A DNA stretch of 64,000 nt, taken from contig JAIYAZ010000136.1 of assembly GCA_027488755.1 (NCBI GenBank), positions 6,146-70,145 on the forward strand, written 5' to 3'. This DNA is from Verrucomicrobiaceae bacterium. GTDB lineage: Bacteria > Verrucomicrobiota > Verrucomicrobiia > Chthoniobacterales > JAATET01. The position numbers and the translations under genes were made by a program. This document shows, piece by piece, positions 61,414 through 64,000 of this stretch (within the stretch, counting starts at the first letter, position 1; every line of letters starts with the position of its first letter). Below the pieces are notes generated by a model. It worked only from the letters and a program-made list of their open reading frames with translations. It was not told the origin of the DNA and ran no database searches.

Positions 61414-61424
61414 GCGCCCGAAAA

Positions 61425-61443
61425 GAAGTTATGCGGAAGTTAT
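61425..61443. promoter_or_regulatory. direct repeat GAAGTTAT-N3-GAAGTTAT (11-bp phasing) in the lpxH-like / nusG-like divergent region
   Basis: Copies at 61425-61432 and 61436-61443, 12-30 bp upstream of the lpxH-like ATG. Function unknown. Confidence 0.3.
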
Positions 61444-61562
61444 TCACAATCGCGGGAGGGCGAAAACGCCGGCGGTGTGACAATTTTGAGACAAATCATC
61501 CGGGGGTCCGGGGCATTTCCTGCTTTTCACGGCGGGGGGTTTTTGGCTTCTCCGTGGGTCCC

Positions 61563-62114
61563 ATGAGTTTCGATCCCTCGCAAATCCCCGCGGACCCGCA
61601 GTGGTATTGCGTGCGGGTGCGGCCGAAGCAGGAGGCCGTGACGGCGCGCATGCTGCGGGCGGAGATGGGGCTGGAGGTGTTCTGCCCGTTCGTGCGCTTC
61701 AAGCGGGCGCGGCGCGGCGGCACGATGTGGGTGACGGAGGGCATGTTCCCGGGCTACCTGTTCGGGCGGTTTGCCTTTGCGGAGAGCCACCGCCACGTCC
61801 TGTCGATCTCGGGCGTGTCGAGCATCGTGCGTTTTGGCGAGCGACCGGCCGTGGTGCCCGGGGCGATTGTGGAGGAGCTGCGGGCCCACGTGACGGGCGA
61901 GGAGACGATTGTCATCCCGCAGGAGATCGCGGCGGGCTCGGAGGTGCGCATTGTCGGAGGGGTGTATGCCGGCGTGACGGCGGTGGTTTCGCGGGTGATG
62001 CCGGCCCGTGAGCGGGTGGCGGTGCTGCTGGAGGTGCTCGGGATGGAACGCGAGGTGGAGATCTCCGCCGAGGCGTTGCTGCCGGATGTCGCGCACCCGC
62101 TGGCGCCGCGTTGA
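61563..62114 (+). CDS. NusG paralogue (RfaH/UpxY-like NGN + KOW transcription antiterminator)
   Basis: 183 aa from the ATG at 61563. WYCVRVRPKQE...FPGYLF (NGN); GSEVRIVGGVYAGVTAVV (KOW). Confidence 0.8.
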   Translation: MSFDPSQIPADPQWYCVRVRPKQEAVTARMLRAEMGLEVFCPFVRFKRARRGGTMWVTEGMFPGYLFGRFAFAESHRHVLSISGVSSIVRFGERPAVVPGAIVEELRAHVTGEETIVIPQEIAAGSEVRIVGGVYAGVTAVVSRVMPARERVAVLLEVLGMEREVEISAEALLPDVAHPLAPR

Positions 62115-62143
62115 GGCGGGCCGCGCCCGGGCCGGGGCCGCAG

Positions 62144-62169
62144 CGGGTTTCCGATTTACATTCCGCGGA
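62144..62169 (+). terminator. 7-bp stem-loop GTTTCCG-N12-CGGAAAC between the NusG paralogue and secA (weak terminator or attenuator)
   Basis: Read directly. It is followed by GGTCTTTCATTCC, only a modest U-tract. Confidence 0.3.
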
Positions 62170-62218
62170 AACGGTCTTTCATTCCTCCTCCGCCTGAAGC
62201 CGCCCCGCGGCGCCCGCC

Positions 62219-64000
62219 ATGATTAACTGGATTCTTAAACTCATTCTCGGCTCGAAAAACACCCGCGAGCTGCGCCGCATGCAGCCGACGGTGCGTCGCA
62301 TCAACGAGATCGAACCGACCTACGCCGCCCTCAGCGACGACGAACTCCGGGCCAAGACCGCCGCCTGGAAGGATGAGCTCACGCAGATCAAGGACCCCAA
62401 GGCGCTTCAGGCCCGGCTCGACGAGATTCTCCCCGAGGCCTTCGCCCTCGTGAAGCACGCCGCCCGCCGGCTCACCGACCGCAAATTCAGCTTCAACGTC
62501 TGCGACCAGCCCGTCACCTGGGCGATGGTGCACTTCGACGTGCAGCTCATCGGCGGCATGGTGCTCCACAAATCGCGCATCGCGGAAATGGCCACCGGCG
62601 AAGGCAAAACGCTCGTCGCCACGCTGGCCGTCTACCTCAACGCCCTCACCGGCCGCGGCGTCCACGTCGTCACGGTCAACGATTACCTCGCCCGCCGCGA
62701 CGCCGAATGGATGGGCCAGCTCTACGGTTTCCTCGGCCTCACCACCGGCATCATCCAGGAGGACCAGGACCCCGAGGAGCGCCGCGCACAATACGCCACC
62801 GACATCACCTACGGCACGAACGCGCAGTTCGGCTTCGACTACCTGCGCGACAACGGCATGGCCACCTCCCGCGAGCAGCAGGTGCAGCGCGGACATTACT
62901 TTGCCATCGTTGACGAAGTCGATTCGATCCTCATCGACGAAGCCCGCACGCCGCTCATCATCAGCGGCCCGGCGACCGTCTCCACGCATCAATACGACCG
63001 CTTCAAGCCGCTGGTCGACCAGCTCGTCAAACGCCAGACCCTGCTCTGCGGCCGCCTCGTGGCCGAGGGCAAGGAGCTCCTCGACAAAGGCGACAAGGAC
63101 GCCGCGGGCCGCACGCTGTTCAAGGTCAAGCTTGGCCAGCCCCGCAACAAGGCGCTCCTGCGCCTCATGGAGGACCCCGAAGTCCGCCGCCTCGTGGACA
63201 AGGCGGAGCTTTATTTTTACCAGGACAACAAGACCAAGGACGAACTCATCGCCCTCAAGGAGGAGCTCCTCTTCACCATCGACGAGCGCCAGCACGACGC
63301 CGATCTCACCCAGCAGGGCCGCGACTACCTCAACCCCGACGACGCGGACGCCTTCGTCCTGCCCGACCTGCTCACGGAGTTTGCCGACATCGAGACGAAC
63401 AAGGCGCTGAACGACGCCGAGAAGATCGCCGAAAAGGCGAAGCGCCAGCAGTTCTGCGACGCGCAGGCCGAGCGCATCCACAACATCACCCAGCTCCTCA
63501 AGGCCTACTGCCTCTACGAGAAGGACGTCGAATACGTCGTCGAGGAGAATAAGGTCATCATCGTCGACACCTTCACCGGCCGCAAAATGGCCGGCCGCCG
63601 CTGGAGCGATGGCCTCCACCAGGCCGTCGAGGCCAAGGAAGGCGTGCAGATCGACCGCGAGACCCAGACGCTCGCCACGATCACGATCCAAAACTACTTC
63701 CGCCTCTACGAAAAACTCGCGGGCATGACCGGCACGGCCGAGACCGAGGTCAACGAATTCCACGACATCTACCGGCTCGACGTCTCGATCATCCCGACGA
63801 ACCGCAAGGTCGCCCGCGTCGACCTCAACGACCGCATCTACAAGACGCGCCGCGAGAAATACAACGCCGTCATCGCCGAGATCCAGACCGCCTACGCCAA
63901 GGGCCAGCCGATCCTCGTCGGCACCGCCAGCGTCGAGGCCTCTGAGCTCGTCAGCCGCATGCTTAAGCGCGAGAAGGTGCCCCACACCGTCCTCAACGCG
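62219..64000 (+). CDS. secA: preprotein translocase ATPase SecA (5' part; continues beyond the window)
   Basis: Not in the ORF track because it is open-ended. ATG at 62219. My own translation gives MINWILKLILGSKNTRELRRMQPTVRRINEIEP...MVHFDVQLIGGMVLHKSRIAEMATGEGKTLVATLAVYLNALTGRGVHVVTVNDYLARRDAEWMG. Confidence 0.95.
   Translation, partial: MINWILKLILGSKNTRELRRMQPTVRRINEIEPTYAALSDDELRAKTAAWKDELTQIKDPKALQARLDEILPEAFALVKHAARRLTDRKFSFNVCDQPVTWAMVHFDVQLIGGMVLHKSRIAEMATGEGKTLVATLAVYLNALTGRGVHVVTVNDYLARRDAEWMGQLYGFLGLTTGIIQEDQDPEERRAQYATDITYGTNAQFGFDYLRDNGMATSREQQVQRGHYFAIVDEVDSILIDEARTPLIISGPATVSTHQYDRFKPLVDQLVKRQTLLCGRLVAEGKELLDKGDKDAAGRTLFKVKLGQPRNKALLRLMEDPEVRRLVDKAELYFYQDNKTKDELIALKEELLFTIDERQHDADLTQQGRDYLNPDDADAFVLPDLLTEFADIETNKALNDAEKIAEKAKRQQFCDAQAERIHNITQLLKAYCLYEKDVEYVVEENKVIIVDTFTGRKMAGRRWSDGLHQAVEAKEGVQIDRETQTLATITIQNYFRLYEKLAGMTGTAETEVNEFHDIYRLDVSIIPTNRKVARVDLNDRIYKTRREKYNAVIAEIQTAYAKGQPILVGTASVEASELVSRMLKREKVPHTVLNA

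Overview
GC-rich (strong G/C at third codon positions), densely packed chromosomal segment with about 60 protein genes. By eye I found no rRNA, tRNA, CRISPR array, transposase, integrase or prophage signature. The content is mainly housekeeping.

Gene content:
- Chaperones: dnaK-groES-groEL.
- Translation and RNA: metG, rpsU, DEAD-box helicase, miaA-hflX, rsmE.
- Central metabolism: pyk, folD, gdh, bioB, rpiB.
- Secretion: secA (3' end runs off the window).
- Envelope: lgt, rlpA, L,D-transpeptidase, NlpC/P60, and LpxL-like, LpxH-like and DUF374 genes.
- Transport: potC-potD-potB, MgtE, MFS, MATE, NCS2.
- Regulation: a PhoB/PhoR-like two-component pair and a LysR regulator.
- Purine and methionine salvage: guanine deaminase-like, MTA phosphorylase.

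The prepilin-type H-X9-DG protein and the overall gene content suggest a PVC-group (Verrucomicrobiota-like) genome; this is a guess. From about 25.0 to 41.6 kb, 17 genes run co-directionally on the minus strand with tiny gaps or start/stop overlaps.

I see no defence island or mobile element. The best candidates for undescribed biology are:
1. A photolyase-homology protein whose domain order looks circularly permuted, start/stop-coupled to a DUF2256 zinc-ribbon miniprotein.
2. An ATGA-coupled pair: a GT4 glycosyltransferase fused to a helical-barrel-like domain, plus a GH130-like protein.
3. An RRM protein with an SR-like N-terminal extension and a 381-bp structured leader. It sits upstream of miaA-hflX, and no hfq lies between those two genes.
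4. A CTTCGTG repeat array just upstream of metG.
5. An orphan long stem-loop in the gdh/phoB-like intergenic region.
6. Two neighbouring genes (potB-like, ydeI-like) whose conserved N-termini have no in-frame ATG, GTG or TTG.

All functional calls rest on motif recognition from memory and on the supplied ORF track. No database search was run.
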